The translations under genes and the position numbers were made by a program. Below the pieces are notes generated by a model. That model had not been told where the DNA came from. It did no database searches and saw only the letters and a list, made by a program, of their open reading frames with translations. This document shows, one piece after another, positions 1 to 12,102 of a DNA stretch of 64,000 bases. This DNA comes from an uncultured Planctomycetaceae bacterium (lineage in GTDB: Bacteria; Planctomycetota; Planctomycetia; Planctomycetales; Planctomycetaceae), in NCBI GenBank assembly GCA_963815195.1, contig CAWFGE010000014.1, forward strand, positions 64,001 through 128,000. Direction: 5' to 3'. The first letter of the stretch is position 1. Every line of letters starts with the position of its first letter.

Positions 1-491
1 TCATCCACGTCGGCAGCCGGCGCGTGTGGGTGAGTTCGCCGACCGCCCATCCCGATGGCCGCTGGGTCGCCCAGCAGGCCCGGAATGTCTGCATGGAATT
101 CGCCGAGGAAGAGCACAAACCGACGGATATTATTCACGATGCGGACACGAAGTTCACGAAGCAGTTCGATGAAATCTTTGAGGACGAAGGCATAAGAGTC
201 AAGAAACTTGTGCCCGCGTCGCTGAACATGAATGCCTTCATCGAACGCTGGGTGCAGAGCATAAAACAAGAATGTCTCGACCATTTCGTCGTGCTCGGCG
301 AGAAGCACTTGCAGCACATCGTGAGCGAGTACGTCTCCTATTACAACAACCTCCGCCCACACGAAAATCGGGATCACCTGCCGCCGGCGTTGAAGGAATC
401 GCCTCCGGAAGTTGAGACGATTTGCTTGGAAAACGTGGTCTGCCGGGAACGGTTGGGCGGACTGCTGAAGCATTATGAATGGGCGGCATGA
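1..491 (+). CDS. Integrase core-domain (rve/DDE) transposase, C-terminal part (5' end outside window)
   Basis: IIHDADTKFT...NAFIERWVQSIKQECLDHF...YYNNLRPH...RERLGGLLKHY is typical of IS3/IS481-like integrase core proteins. Confidence 0.85.
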   Translation, partial: IHVGSRRVWVSSPTAHPDGRWVAQQARNVCMEFAEEEHKPTDIIHDADTKFTKQFDEIFEDEGIRVKKLVPASLNMNAFIERWVQSIKQECLDHFVVLGEKHLQHIVSEYVSYYNNLRPHENRDHLPPALKESPPEVETICLENVVCRERLGGLLKHYEWAA

Positions 492-1023
492 TCCAGGATT
501 TGAGTCAACGTCCGTGAAGACTGGGGCCGACCGCTCGCGCGGCTGGCTGCAAAAGGCACCACACCGCTGTCGAATTACTGTTCCCCTTAAGATCATACCT
601 CCGCCGCGATGGCAGATGAGAAAGTCCGTCGTCCGTGGCCAGCGACTTTTGTTTTTTTACGGGGAGGAGTCGGACGCTATGAAATTACCTTTGGGAAAGC
701 CATTTTTCGCAAACCACTACACGCAAAAGGTTTATGATAGAAATCTATGATGGCAAATGCTGCCCACTGAAGGTTTTTTTGGGAAAATGGGATTTTTACA
801 GTTTTTTCGTGCCCGGTTAGTCGCTGCTTTAACGACTGGTGAAACAGGGAAACTTTGTGCATTGACCGCCGTGTCACCTGGCGAATGTTCACTGAGCTTG
901 AAGAGGCCGAATTGCCCCAAGTTCACGGACTCTTTGTTCGTCTCGCGAAGGCTACAAAACCTTAGATCCAGCAATTCCTGTTAGTTTTTCACCATCCTTG
1001 ATGCGGATTAGGAGTTCGTCCCC

Positions 1024-4000
1024 ATGAAGTTAACGCATTGGCTGAGTACACTTTATCTGCAGCGAGGCATTTCCTGGAAAGCTCGATCGGCCCGTCGGCG
1101 CATGCGTTCAACACGTCCTTTTCCTATTTCTGCTGAAATTGAGCGTCTTGAGGATCGGACTCTCCTCTCAGCAATCCAGGCATTCGAACCCGTCGTCGTC
1201 ACCGGCGTTGACGCGGGCACGACCAATGACGATCAAGTCAAGGTTTTCGATGCCGCGACGTTCTCCCAACGGATGAGTTTCAATGCGTATCCTGGCTTCA
1301 ACGGCGGCGTGCGAGTCGCGACCGGTGATGTCACGGGCGATAATATCCCGGATATCATCACCGCGGCCGGCACCACGGGCGGGCCGCACGTCAAGATCTA
1401 CGACGGCAGCAGCCCCGATCCTTCAAACCCCGTCCTCATCCGCCAGTTTTATGCTTATGACCCGGGATTTACAGGCGGAGTATTCGTGGCGGCCGGGGAT
1501 GTCGATGATGATGGCCGCGCCGACGTGATCACGGGTGCCGATGCCGGCGGCGGGCCGGATGTCCGAGTCTTTCTCGGTGCCGATATTCTTACCGGAGCTG
1601 ATTGGGCGGTTCCATTCAAACATGATCTGTTTGCGTTTGGCAGCAACTATTCGGGCGGGGTCCGCGTCGCCGCCGGCTATTTTAACGACGACGACAACGT
1701 CGATATCGTCGTCGGGCAGGGAACGGGAGATTCCAACGGGGCCGAGGTGAAGGTCCTCGATGGCACGAAATTAGACGATCCTTTGCAAGGTGTTTTATTT
1801 GACCGTTGGGTTTATCAGGGCGTGTCCGGCGGAGTCTATCTCGCCGCGGGCGATGTGACGCACGACGGAAAAGACGATGTCATCACGGGACCAGGCACGG
1901 GCGGCGGCCCGGATATCCGCGTTTACGACGGAAGGGACTTTTCCCAGGCTTATCAATTCTGGGCCTATAATACAAATTTCACCGGAGGAGTTCGCGTCGG
2001 GGCCGTCGATGCGAATGCTGATGGCCGTGCCGATGTCGTCACCGCGGCCGGTCCCACCGGCGGGCCGCATGTCAAGGTGTTCAATGTCAATCCCCTCCAG
2101 GAGCTCCACTCCCAATTCGTGTATCAGGATGGCTTCGCCGGAGGAGTCTATGCCAACGGGAATCATTCGGACACGCCCCAAACCGCCACGGCGGTTGAAG
2201 GACAACCATTCGACGTGGATTTGACGCTCCTCGGCTACAGCAGCGTCAGCATCGCCAATATCACCCAATGGACCGTCGACTGGGGTGACGGCAGCGCTCC
2301 TCAAACCGTGAACGACAGTACCTCACCAATCTCCCACGTTTATGCCGACGATGGGACCTATGATGCGTTCCAAGCCGTGGCTTATGATGCCAGCGGCTCC
2401 CTGGCGTCCAACCTCGTGAAAGTCGTGGTCAATGATCCGGGACCCACGCTGACGCTTTCCGGGGATCCCGTCGATGAAGGCCCTTCCACTCCTTTCACGT
2501 TGCACCTCAGCGCGATCGAGCATACGGCCGATACGGTAACTCAATGGACGATCGATTGGGGCGACAACACCACGCCGGAGATTATCAACGGCAATCCCAG
2601 CAGCGTCATGCACGCGTACGCGGACGATGACAACTACACCATCCAGGCCACGGTGACGCAGGACGACGGCAATACGTTTCAGGCGGACGACTTCCTGGCG
2701 ACCATACAGGATGTCCCGCCCAGTTTGTCGCTTTCCGGGGATCCCGTCGATGAAGGCCCTTCCACTCCCTTCGCATTGCACCTCAGCGCGACCGACCCCG
2801 GAGCCGATACGGTAACTCAATGGACGATCGATTGGGGCGACAACACCACGCCGGAGATTATCAACGGCAATCCCAGCAGCGTCATGCACGCGTACGCGGA
2901 CGATGACAACTACACCATCCAGGCCACGGTGACGCAGGACGACGGCCGGGAATTTCAGGCGGCCGACTTCATCGCGAACATCCTCGATGTTGCTCCAACC
3001 ATCAGCCTCATCGGACCGGACACCGTTCTTGAAGGCAATGACTACATCCTCAACTTGGGGCCGGTGATCGATCCGGGCACCGATACCGTGAGCCAAGGGG
3101 AGATCGATTGGGCCGATGGGACCATCGATCCCTTCACCGGATCACCTCCCACTTCCGCAAGCCATCAGTATGCCGCCAAGGGCGATTATACGGTTCACGT
3201 CAATCTGACGAACGAAGACGGCACCTTTTCCGATGTGGGAACAAAGGACATCACGGTCACCCCCGTGAGCCTGAGTCTCTCGGGTCCCAGTACGGAAGTG
3301 TACGAGGGTGACTCGTACCAATTGGACCTTTCAGCCACTGGCGGCGGAGTGGGTTCCATCGACCATTGGACGATCAACTGGGGCGACGGCGTCGTCCAAT
3401 CCTTCGCCGGCAACCCCACGAGCGAGTCCCACATTTACGCGGACAATGGCAGCTACACCATCAGTGCGTTTGTGACCCTCGATGACGGCGAAAGTTTCAA
3501 TGCATCCGACTTGGCCGCCGAGATTTTGAACGTCCCGCCCACCGTCAACTTGAGCGGCCTGGGCAGCATCGATGAAGGCACCACCTATTCCTTAACGGTG
3601 GAAGCCGTCGACGATCGCGGCGCCGACACAGTGAACCAATGGCGCATCGATTGGGGCGATGGGACCTTCAATACGTACATCACTCCCCCCGGCACCAAAA
3701 CCCATTTCTATGCTGATAATGGGACCTACCCCATTAGCGTTCAACTGACGGATGAGGACGGCACCTGGGCGAATGCGGGAACCAAGTCGCTGACCGTCAA
3801 CGTCGTCCCGCCCACCGTCGCGTTTGCGGACTATAATTTAGACTACGCCTATCAAGGCAACGATTACGCACTGGCGTTCTCCGTCACTGATCAGGGCGAT
3901 GACACGATCAGCCACATCACCATCAACTGGGGCGACAACACCAGCGACACCTATACGGGCGTTATTGAATCCGCCGGGCACATCTACAACGATTTGACCA

Positions 4001-7000
4001 GCCACACGATATGGATTACGCTAGAAGATGAAGACGGCATCTTCCAAAACGTCGCGCAGAACACGGTGAGCGTGCACGATCAAACTCGCTTGTTGGTAGC
4101 ACCCGTGTTCGGTTCCTCGACGTATAGTTGGACTCCCTATGAAAACGTCGCCGTGAACACGGTTGTCGGACAGGTTCACGCCACGGACGACTTTTGGCAG
4201 ACCGTGAGCTATTCCCTGGGCGAGGACTCGTTCGGCACGCCGTTTGATGTGAACGAGACGACCGGAGAGATTACCGTGAGCTATGAATTGGACTACGAAT
4301 GGGAAAGCTCTTACACGCTGAGCATCATAGCGACCGACTCGGATTGGAACGAGAGCACCGCCGAGGTGTACGTTAACGTGCAGGACATCGCCGAGGCACC
4401 CGCATTCAACCAGTCCTCCTTCGCCTTCTCGGTGCCGGAAGACGCCCAGTCGGGCGCGCTGCTCACCACGGTCAGCGCGGCTGACCCCCAACCCGGCGAC
4501 ACCGTCACCTATTCTCTCAGCCCCGATGAAGGTTACGAGCAGTTCGGCAATTCCTTCGCAATCAATTCCGCCACCGGTCAAATCACCGTCCAAGGCCCGC
4601 TGGATTATGAGATGGCGGGAGGCTATGTCAGCCTCACGGTCTATGCCTTCGATAATGAGGCGAACATCGGGGAGACCCAGGTTCAAGTCAATATCGACGA
4701 TGTCGACAACGATCCGGAGTTCATCGACGACGGTTATGGCCACTATGACGGGTTTGGTTCTTATACGTTCGACCCCCTCCCCGAAAACGCCCTGGCCGGC
4801 ACCTCCGTCGGACAGGTTCAAGCCTGGGATCCCCTCGACGAGACCCTGACCTATTCCCTCGACGACGGCTACGGCGGCGCAGGCGTTTTCCATTAACTCC
4901 ACCACCGGGGAAATGACCGCTAACGTCTCGTTCGATTATGAATCGACCACAGATTTCACCCTGACCGCCTATGCCACCAACACCAGCGGCGTCGTATCCG
5001 CCGTGCTGGTTTACGTCGCGATCGGCAACATCGATGAAACTCCCGATCCAAACAACCCGCCTACAGTTTCCAGCCTGGCATTCAACGTGACCGAGCGACA
5101 CGACGGCTACGCCATCGGCGAACTGACGGGCACGCTCACGGACGACTATGTTGCCGAGGGCTACTACGACGTTCAAATTGATGTGGACAGCGATGGGACG
5201 ATCGACTTCGAATACCAAAGTCCGGAAGATGTGACTGCCCTCTCCGCTTATCTCTCGCTCAGTTATGGAATGCACGAGATTCTGGTGTCAGTTGATGAAT
5301 ACGAACTTGAAACCGCGAGTACGTTATACGGGACGTTGCATCTTCTAAACGTCGACGTCGTCGCGCCGGACAATTTCGCTCCCCAAATCAAAAACCTCGC
5401 ATATACTCCGTATGTTGATGAACGCGGCGTCGACCCCCATCACTTTCTCACCGGAGACATCGTTGATGATACGCGAGGGAATAGTTCCTATACGATCGAA
5501 TTCGATTTGGACAACGACGAGGTCGTCGATGATTCCATATCAGCTGAAAACGACTCGACAGGTTTCACTTATGATTACAGCCCAAGTGAAGGACTTCAGA
5601 CCGCGTCCGTGAGGGTTGTTGAGTATGACAATAACACCGACCAGGAGCTCGTGGGAGCGTGGGCCACGCCCATAACTTTTACAGTCGCGCCCCCTGTGAA
5701 CAACCCGCCAGGTATTCATTCAGCGTACTTCTACCCCAACACGGAACCGGAGTCGGGTTACACGGACGTAACAATCGCGGGCCAATTCAACGATGATTTC
5801 TCCGACGGCGCTTATGTGCTGGAAGTGGACACGAACGGCGACGGCTACGCGGACGACGTGGACATCGATGGCGACGGGTCCCCGGACAATGAGCCGATCT
5901 ACCTATACGTAAATCCTTTTTCCGTGACGATCCGGCTCCAACCGGGGGAAACAGTCTGGAGCGTTCGCGTTGTCGAAAGCGGGTCCGGCAAATTCAGCCC
6001 TTGGATTGGCGATAAATTTGAAAACCATGCCCCGGTCTTTGAGCAGCCCACAAAAGAGATCAAAATCTCAGAGCATTCGTTATTCGTGATTGGTTCGGAT
6101 CCAAACGCGACGAATAATGGTTACGAGGTAATCAAAGTAAAAGCCAACGATCAAGATGACCGAGATCGCGTCGCCTACTTCCTGAGCCAGCCAGAATTGA
6201 AGATTGGTAAAGTAACAATCCCCTTGCCAGCGTTAGAAATTGATCCGAACGGATCAATCACAATTAAGAATAGGTTTACCCTACAACGCTTCTTGAAAAG
6301 AGATGCTAAATTCGAATTCACCGTCGTGGCAATCGACCGTGAAGGGGAGGCCGCCTATTTGCAGTTGACGATCTATGATGATCCAGAGTACTACAAAACT
6401 AATGCGATCCTCTTACTTACTGGATGGGAAGGAGCGGCGACAAACTACGTCAATGCAGTTTACAAGAACAGCTTGGCCGCGGCTGAAAAGCTAAAAGACT
6501 TCATTGATAGTGAATATAATGATATGGGACTCAAAGTTACGGAACTCACGAACATAAGCTGGGCTGCGGCAGCTTTTGCGTCCACACCAATTTCGGGAAT
6601 CGCCTCCTTGGCTGCCGTTACAATAGGACAGATCATTTCTAAGGTGATTGCTATCAATCATGCAGGTGATGTTGCGATTTGGAAACAGATCAAGCAGGAA
6701 TTGCTTGCTGTTAATCTAGATGATATTGAGAAGATTGAGCAGACAGCGGGAAAAAATGAAAAACAGGGAGAACGAAAGAAGATCAGTGAATTGGTGGCCG
6801 GGATGGCGAAAGATCCCCTTGACCAACAAGTCATTAAATGGAGAGATTATATTAACGATTTGACAAGTCGATTGCCCAGCACATTTTCCGGAGGTGAAAA
6901 ACTGGAGGCTCCGTCGGTGAATGACATCTATGGAGAATTGCTGATGCGATTCGTGCACGGGCAGGGTTGGCGTGTTGCTGGAGCGCTTGGAAATCTACAG

Positions 7001-7159
7001 CACAATCGGCCATTTTGGGTGAGTTGGGGGCCGAATTATTTGTTCGCGCTTGATGCAAAAGATGTTGCAGGTGAACTTAACAGTATTGGCTACGTGCCGG
7101 CAGGCGCTTACGGCGTCATAGTTGGTCCAACCGGTATATATGTGACTCCTAGAAACTAA
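1024..7159 (+). CDS. Large secreted surface/adhesin protein (LEPR-XLL signal, FG-GAP repeats, PKD repeats, cadherin-like domains, divergent C-terminus); frameshift near 4890
   Basis: RLEDRTLLS motif; repeated GGVRVATGDVTGD..PDIITAAG (FG-GAP); repeated WTIDWGD..HAYADD (PKD); ATD/FDVNETTGEI/LDYE (cadherin). ORFs 1024-4896 and 4913-7159 join as GVF(S)INSTTGEMTANVSFDYE if one base is added at gttttcc. Confidence 0.85.
2455..2990 (+). repeat. Near-identical 276-bp tandem duplication of one PKD module
   Basis: ctttccggggatcccgtcgatgaaggcccttccactcc at 2455 and 2731; the following ~230 nt are almost identical. Confidence 0.9.
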
Positions 7160-7169
7160 TATCTATTCT

Positions 7170-9248
7170 TTGAGAGGCATTCTCGTGAGAATCTCTAACA
7201 CAATCGCGATCGTGCTCTATTTGGTTTCATCGTCCGGGTGTGCGCGTGCTGATGAAAAGCAGCCCAAGGAAATCGATCCATTCACGCCATTTGCGGCAGC
7301 CAATTTTGGGCGCTTTGAGACTCTGAAATCATTAATAAAAGACAAGCCAGAGCTCTTGAGAGCGACCGAGCGCCGCTCAGGAGGAACTTTGCTGCACTAC
7401 GCGGCTCGAGGAAATCAACCCGAGATCATCCGTTATCTGGTCAAGCGGGGCGCCGACGTGAATGCGCGCGACGACATAAATGAGACGCCGCTGCATTCTG
7501 CCGCAAAATTTGGCGGCACGTTTGAGGCGGCCGAGGTTCTGATCGAACTGGGCGCGGACTTGAATTCTCGACCCGAGTTTCCGTCAATTCCGAGGACACG
7601 CCTAGACGGCACGAAAGTGTCCAAAGAGTATCGTAATTCCGTGTTGGAATACGCGGCCCGGTCAGGGGATTATCGCCTGGTGGAGTTGCTTCTCAAAAAG
7701 GGTGCCAAAGTGCAAGCGGAACCGCTGAACATCCTCGGCAATGCGTTGCACTTTGCCTGTATGGGGTATTTCGACTCCAAGTACAACGAAGATCCCAAAA
7801 CGGCCGGGAACCGCAAAGTGATCGCGATTCTATCCAAATACATAGACATCAACTGCGAAAATGAGGTAAAAATGAGGCCCCTGCATTATGCCGCAGCAAA
7901 CGGGGCCGTCGAGACGGTAAAGTATTTAGTTTCTAACTATGACAAAATCGATCTAAATGCCGTGGAGTTTAGTGGAGGCAACACCCCTCTCCATCTCGCG
8001 GTTGATCCTGAGCCCGATTTTTTGGGAGGCCCCGCGAAAAATCGGGCGATGGTCATCAAGATCCTGATCGAGGCGGGGGCCGATGTCGATCGCGTCAACT
8101 CCAAACGCCTCACCCCGCGGCAGTTGGCGGAGAAACTGGGCAACAAAACCATCCTCAAAGCCTTTGAAACGGCTTCGCCCCGTCGGGCGGACAACAAACC
8201 GCCGTCAGATTCGCCGAATTGGTCCGCGGAGCACCAGTGGACGCTGCGGCACGATGAGGGCGTGTATGCCCTCGCCTTTTCCCCAGACGGCAAGCAACTC
8301 TTAACGGCCGATGGCGGCGGTACGGTTCGGCTTTGGGATCCCTCGACAGGCCGTGAGCTTGAGAGATTCAAGGACGAGAAGGCCTGGCCTCTCGTCCGGG
8401 ACATCGCATGGTCGCCCGATGGCCGGTACGCTTTGCTCGCCGCGGGACAGTACAAGGGAAATGAGTCGCTGACGTTCTGGGATGTCAAGAAGTGGAAGGC
8501 AGTCCGACGGTTTGAAGGCCATTGGTACGCGGTGACTGGCGCTGCGTTCTCTCCAGACGGCCGCCGCGCCGTTTCTGGAACGATCGAGGGCGATATTTTT
8601 GCGTGGGACGTTCAAACGGGGAAGCAAATCAGCCATTACAAGCCGGAGCTTGGCCTGTGGAACGGCAAACCCGATGGTGACACACACAGCCTCAACGTCT
8701 CTCCCAATGGCAACATTTGTTTTTGGGCGGGCGGGAACGACAACTACCAACTGAGACTGTTCGACATCAGCACGGGACGCGAACTCAAGAGATTGGAGAC
8801 GAAGGAGCGGTATGGCAGCCCGGGCGTGGTCGATGCGGTTTTTACGCGAGACGGTTCCCGAGTCCTCGCCGCGAACTCGCAAGGTTTTCTGCGAATTTGG
8901 GACATTGAGCAGGGAACGTCATCGCCTGATCTGAATATCTCCCCCGAAGCTCCCGAAGTAATCGAAAGCGTGGCCTTCTCGCGGAACGACCGGCTTGCGC
9001 TGGTCGGCAGTGGGAGTGAACTGGCTCTCTGGCAAATCGAAGACGCAGGGAAGGGCACGCCAAGCGTCCGGCGGCTCCTGCGAATTCAACATCTTCATGC
9101 CGGGATCGAGATTAGCAGCGCCTTCGGGCGGGCGACGGCAGGAATCCAGCGAGTCGCTCTGTCGCCGGATAACCACTACGCTGCGGCAGCGGACCGTGGC
9201 ATGGTGCGCATTTGGAAGATTCGCAAGAAAGAATCCACGGGTGAGTAG
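7170..9248 (+). CDS. Ankyrin-repeat + WD40 beta-propeller protein with a probable lipoprotein signal
   Basis: TLLHYAA/TPLHSAA/TPLHLAV ankyrin repeats; ALAFSPDGK..TVRLWD and FEGH..VTGAAFSPDG WD40 repeats; N-terminal hydrophobic stretch ending SSSGC. Confidence 0.85.
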   Translation: MRGILVRISNTIAIVLYLVSSSGCARADEKQPKEIDPFTPFAAANFGRFETLKSLIKDKPELLRATERRSGGTLLHYAARGNQPEIIRYLVKRGADVNARDDINETPLHSAAKFGGTFEAAEVLIELGADLNSRPEFPSIPRTRLDGTKVSKEYRNSVLEYAARSGDYRLVELLLKKGAKVQAEPLNILGNALHFACMGYFDSKYNEDPKTAGNRKVIAILSKYIDINCENEVKMRPLHYAAANGAVETVKYLVSNYDKIDLNAVEFSGGNTPLHLAVDPEPDFLGGPAKNRAMVIKILIEAGADVDRVNSKRLTPRQLAEKLGNKTILKAFETASPRRADNKPPSDSPNWSAEHQWTLRHDEGVYALAFSPDGKQLLTADGGGTVRLWDPSTGRELERFKDEKAWPLVRDIAWSPDGRYALLAAGQYKGNESLTFWDVKKWKAVRRFEGHWYAVTGAAFSPDGRRAVSGTIEGDIFAWDVQTGKQISHYKPELGLWNGKPDGDTHSLNVSPNGNICFWAGGNDNYQLRLFDISTGRELKRLETKERYGSPGVVDAVFTRDGSRVLAANSQGFLRIWDIEQGTSSPDLNISPEAPEVIESVAFSRNDRLALVGSGSELALWQIEDAGKGTPSVRRLLRIQHLHAGIEISSAFGRATAGIQRVALSPDNHYAAAADRGMVRIWKIRKKESTGE

Positions 9249-9610
9249 AAAAGTCGCCTTTTGTTGGGAACTGGGCGGCGGGTTCGGGCACTTTTCGCCT
9301 TTGGAACCCTTGGTGGATTTCTTCCAGCGGGAAGGCTTTGAAATCTCCTTTATCGCGCGGGATGTCTGGTCCGCAGGGCGCTGGTTTGACCAAGACCGCT
9401 TCATGCTGTTTCAAGCTCCGTTGCGCCACGGGGCCGGGCTTCAATTCACCTCCACGCCGACCTTTGCGCATATCCTCCATAACGTCGGCTACGGCGATCC
9501 CGCCGGGCTGTCCGCCCTGGCTGGCAGTTGGAAGTCACTCTTCGAATTGATCCGCCCGGATTTAATTTTGGCCGATCACAGCCCCACGGCCGTTCTCGCT
9601 GTCCTTTCCC
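9241..9610 (+). pseudogene. N-terminal fragment of a GT-B (UDP-glycosyltransferase-like) protein, interrupted by a mobile element
   Basis: VAFCWELGGGFGH...LIRPDLILADHSPTAVLA; similarity stops abruptly at ~9610. Confidence 0.7.
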
Positions 9611-9812
9611 TGACTCTGGTCGCAGTTTTGGCCGGGAATTGCCGAATTGTCGCCGCATTCCTTGATGTTTGTTCCCGGGAGAATTTGGCAAAACCGTTGC
9701 TTCCGGTACGGACCGTGCCGGGATCTTTGTACCCCGCTCAAATGCATTTTTGTCATACCCCGCCCCGAACCGGCGGCCGCTAGAATCGTCGGCTTTCGGG
9801 GAGTGTGCTCAC

Positions 9813-10373
9813 GTGAGCGAGGGGCGATGGTTCTATCGGGACGAAGAGGGCTTTCTCGCGATTTACGAGAAGCTCAAGGCGACGGCGTGCCCACACTGCA
9901 AGGCGACCGGGCGGCTGGTTCTGCATGGCTTCCTGCGTGGTTATGACGAGACCAGCCCGCGGGAAAAGACGCTCCGCGCCCGGCGGATTTTCTGCAGCAA
10001 CCGCAATAATCGCCAAGGGTGCGGGCGGACGTTCAGCATCTGGCTCGCGGACAAAATCCGCCGACTGAGCCTCTCGGCCGGCGGTCTGTGGACGTTTCTT
10101 CAATCCGTTGTCGCCGACGGTATCAGCGCCGCCATCCGCCGCGTCGACTGCCACCTGAGCGACAGGCAGATGCAACGCATCTGGAAGCGATTCGACCTCG
10201 GCCAAAGCGAGATCCGCACGGCCCTGTGGCAACGGTGCGAGCCACCGGAACTGCCGGCCAATTCTGCTCAATCTCCGGCGGCGGAGGTCCTGGTTCATCT
10301 TCAAGCCGCCTTTCCCCATTCGGACTGTCCCGTCGCCGCCTTTCAGCACGCCCTGCGGACGTTCTTTATGTAA
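9813..10373 (+). CDS. Cys-rich (Zn-finger) transposon accessory protein; start uncertain
   Basis: CPHC..HG..RGY..RIFCSNR..GCGRTFS, upstream of the DDE transposase. Confidence 0.6.
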   Translation: MSEGRWFYRDEEGFLAIYEKLKATACPHCKATGRLVLHGFLRGYDETSPREKTLRARRIFCSNRNNRQGCGRTFSIWLADKIRRLSLSAGGLWTFLQSVVADGISAAIRRVDCHLSDRQMQRIWKRFDLGQSEIRTALWQRCEPPELPANSAQSPAAEVLVHLQAAFPHSDCPVAAFQHALRTFFM

Positions 10374-10669
10374 GGCGGCCCGCTCTTCCCGCCTGACCTC
10401 CGGGTGTCATTGTAGGTCGCTGCCAAGATTCTGCCGGAATGAGCGAATTGTGACACTTGTGATGCCGCCCGCCGCGCCAATCGGCGCGTGTCATGGTTTC
10501 CCAACGGCTGCCACACCGCGCCGATCGTGACCGAATTGTCATCGCGCGACCCTGATACCATCTGGCCAAAAATGGGCGACAACACAAGCTGTCGTTTCTC
10601 GACGCGGCCGCTTTTGGGACAACGTCTCTTTTGGTTTTGGTCAACCATTCCCAAAGCAAGGAGAACCCC

Positions 10670-11848
10670 ATGAAGCAGCCTTCGGTTTATTTGAAGATGC
10701 GCGTTCTGGGAGCCGTCGACACGGTCGAGGGCCGGACCCGGCACGAGCGGATCCACCAGGTCGCCGCCATGACCTTTCTCGATGAGGAAGGCAATCCCCG
10801 GCAGTTCACTTGGCGAACCATCCAGACCTGGCACTACCGCTACAAAAACCACGGCATCACCGGCATGACCCACAGATCGCGGAATGACAAGGGAAAGACC
10901 CGCAAGATCACTCCCGAGGAACTGCTCGAAGCCCTCAACGCCGCCAAGCCGCACTTCCACAATAAACGTTATAACAAGTCGGCGTTGTACCGCTTTTGCA
11001 TCGAAAAGGGACTGCTTCGCCGCGACCAGATCGCCCAGACCACTTTCTATCGATTCATTCGCGAGTACGACCTGCTCGCCCCCGAAGACAAGGACAACAA
11101 CAAAAAACGGCTCGCCTTCAGCATGAAATACGCCAACCAACTCTGGCAAGCCGACACGATGTTCGGCCCCTATCTGGACACCGGTGTATCCGGAGCGGCC
11201 CGCAAGCAAGCCAAGCTGATCGCCTTCATCGATGATGCGAGTCGAGTGATATGTCACGGTGAATTCTTCTTCGAGGAGAACGTCGATTCGTTGGTGCAAA
11301 CCCTTCGCGCCGCCTTCTATAAACGCGGCATTCCCGAGCAACTCTTAGTCGACAACGGCTCGATCTACAGCGGCCAGGAGATCACGCTGATCTGCGCCCG
11401 ATTGGGTTGTCTCCTGCGGCATACGGCGGTCCGAGACGCCGCCGCGAAGGGGAAGATCGAACGCTTCTTCCGCCGCGTCCGCGATCAGTTCCTCATCCGC
11501 CAACTCGACCTCTCCTCGCTGGCCGCCCTCAATCGGCAGTTCACCGCTTGGGTCGAAAGCGACTACAACGCGGTGGAACATGACGCGATCGGCATGAAGC
11601 CGATCGACCGCTTCGGCATGGATTCTAGTCACGTTCGCTTCCTGTCACCGTCCGAACACAACGACGAACTCTTCTATGCCGAGGCGACCCGCAAGGTCAA
11701 AAAGGACAACACGTTCAGCTTCCGCAACCGCCGCTACGAAACGCCCGTCGATCTGCGCGACAAGCCAATTGAGATCCGCTACGACCGGCACCATCATGAC
11801 ACCGCGGCCATTGTCATCTACCCTCCCCGGAAGGAACCCTCTTCATAA
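10670..11848 (+). CDS. DDE-type integrase/transposase (Mu C-terminal type), C-terminally truncated
   Basis: LWQADTM, FIDDASR, LLVDNGSIY, KGKIERFFRRVR, YNAVEH motifs. Confidence 0.85.
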   Translation: MKQPSVYLKMRVLGAVDTVEGRTRHERIHQVAAMTFLDEEGNPRQFTWRTIQTWHYRYKNHGITGMTHRSRNDKGKTRKITPEELLEALNAAKPHFHNKRYNKSALYRFCIEKGLLRRDQIAQTTFYRFIREYDLLAPEDKDNNKKRLAFSMKYANQLWQADTMFGPYLDTGVSGAARKQAKLIAFIDDASRVICHGEFFFEENVDSLVQTLRAAFYKRGIPEQLLVDNGSIYSGQEITLICARLGCLLRHTAVRDAAAKGKIERFFRRVRDQFLIRQLDLSSLAALNRQFTAWVESDYNAVEHDAIGMKPIDRFGMDSSHVRFLSPSEHNDELFYAEATRKVKKDNTFSFRNRRYETPVDLRDKPIEIRYDRHHHDTAAIVIYPPRKEPSS

Positions 11849-12102
11849 CCATTCTCACTTTATCAATCCACGCAACCTCTTGCAAGAGCCTGCTTTAACG
11901 ATTTGAAGTAGCTTTCGGTCCCCCCCCCCTCAGCGGAAGCAACTTTTTACGGAATCTTCTCCTTCGGGTTTACAGGGATTGGGAATTGCGTGCAATTTAA
12001 ATTGGAGTCAAAGCTGTCGCCATTCGGGACGGCTAACGGGTAAGAGGCAAATCCGAACGAACCAACTCAACTGCCGGCGGGGTGCGCCTGGTTCAGCGCG
12101 GT

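Larger units (their letters stand above)
9611..11848 (+). mobile_element. Truncated DDE transposon (Zn-finger accessory ORF + Mu/IS481-like transposase); boundaries approximate
   Basis: Interrupts the GT gene and carries the two ORFs below; the transposase ends abruptly and no ATPase gene follows. Confidence 0.6.
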
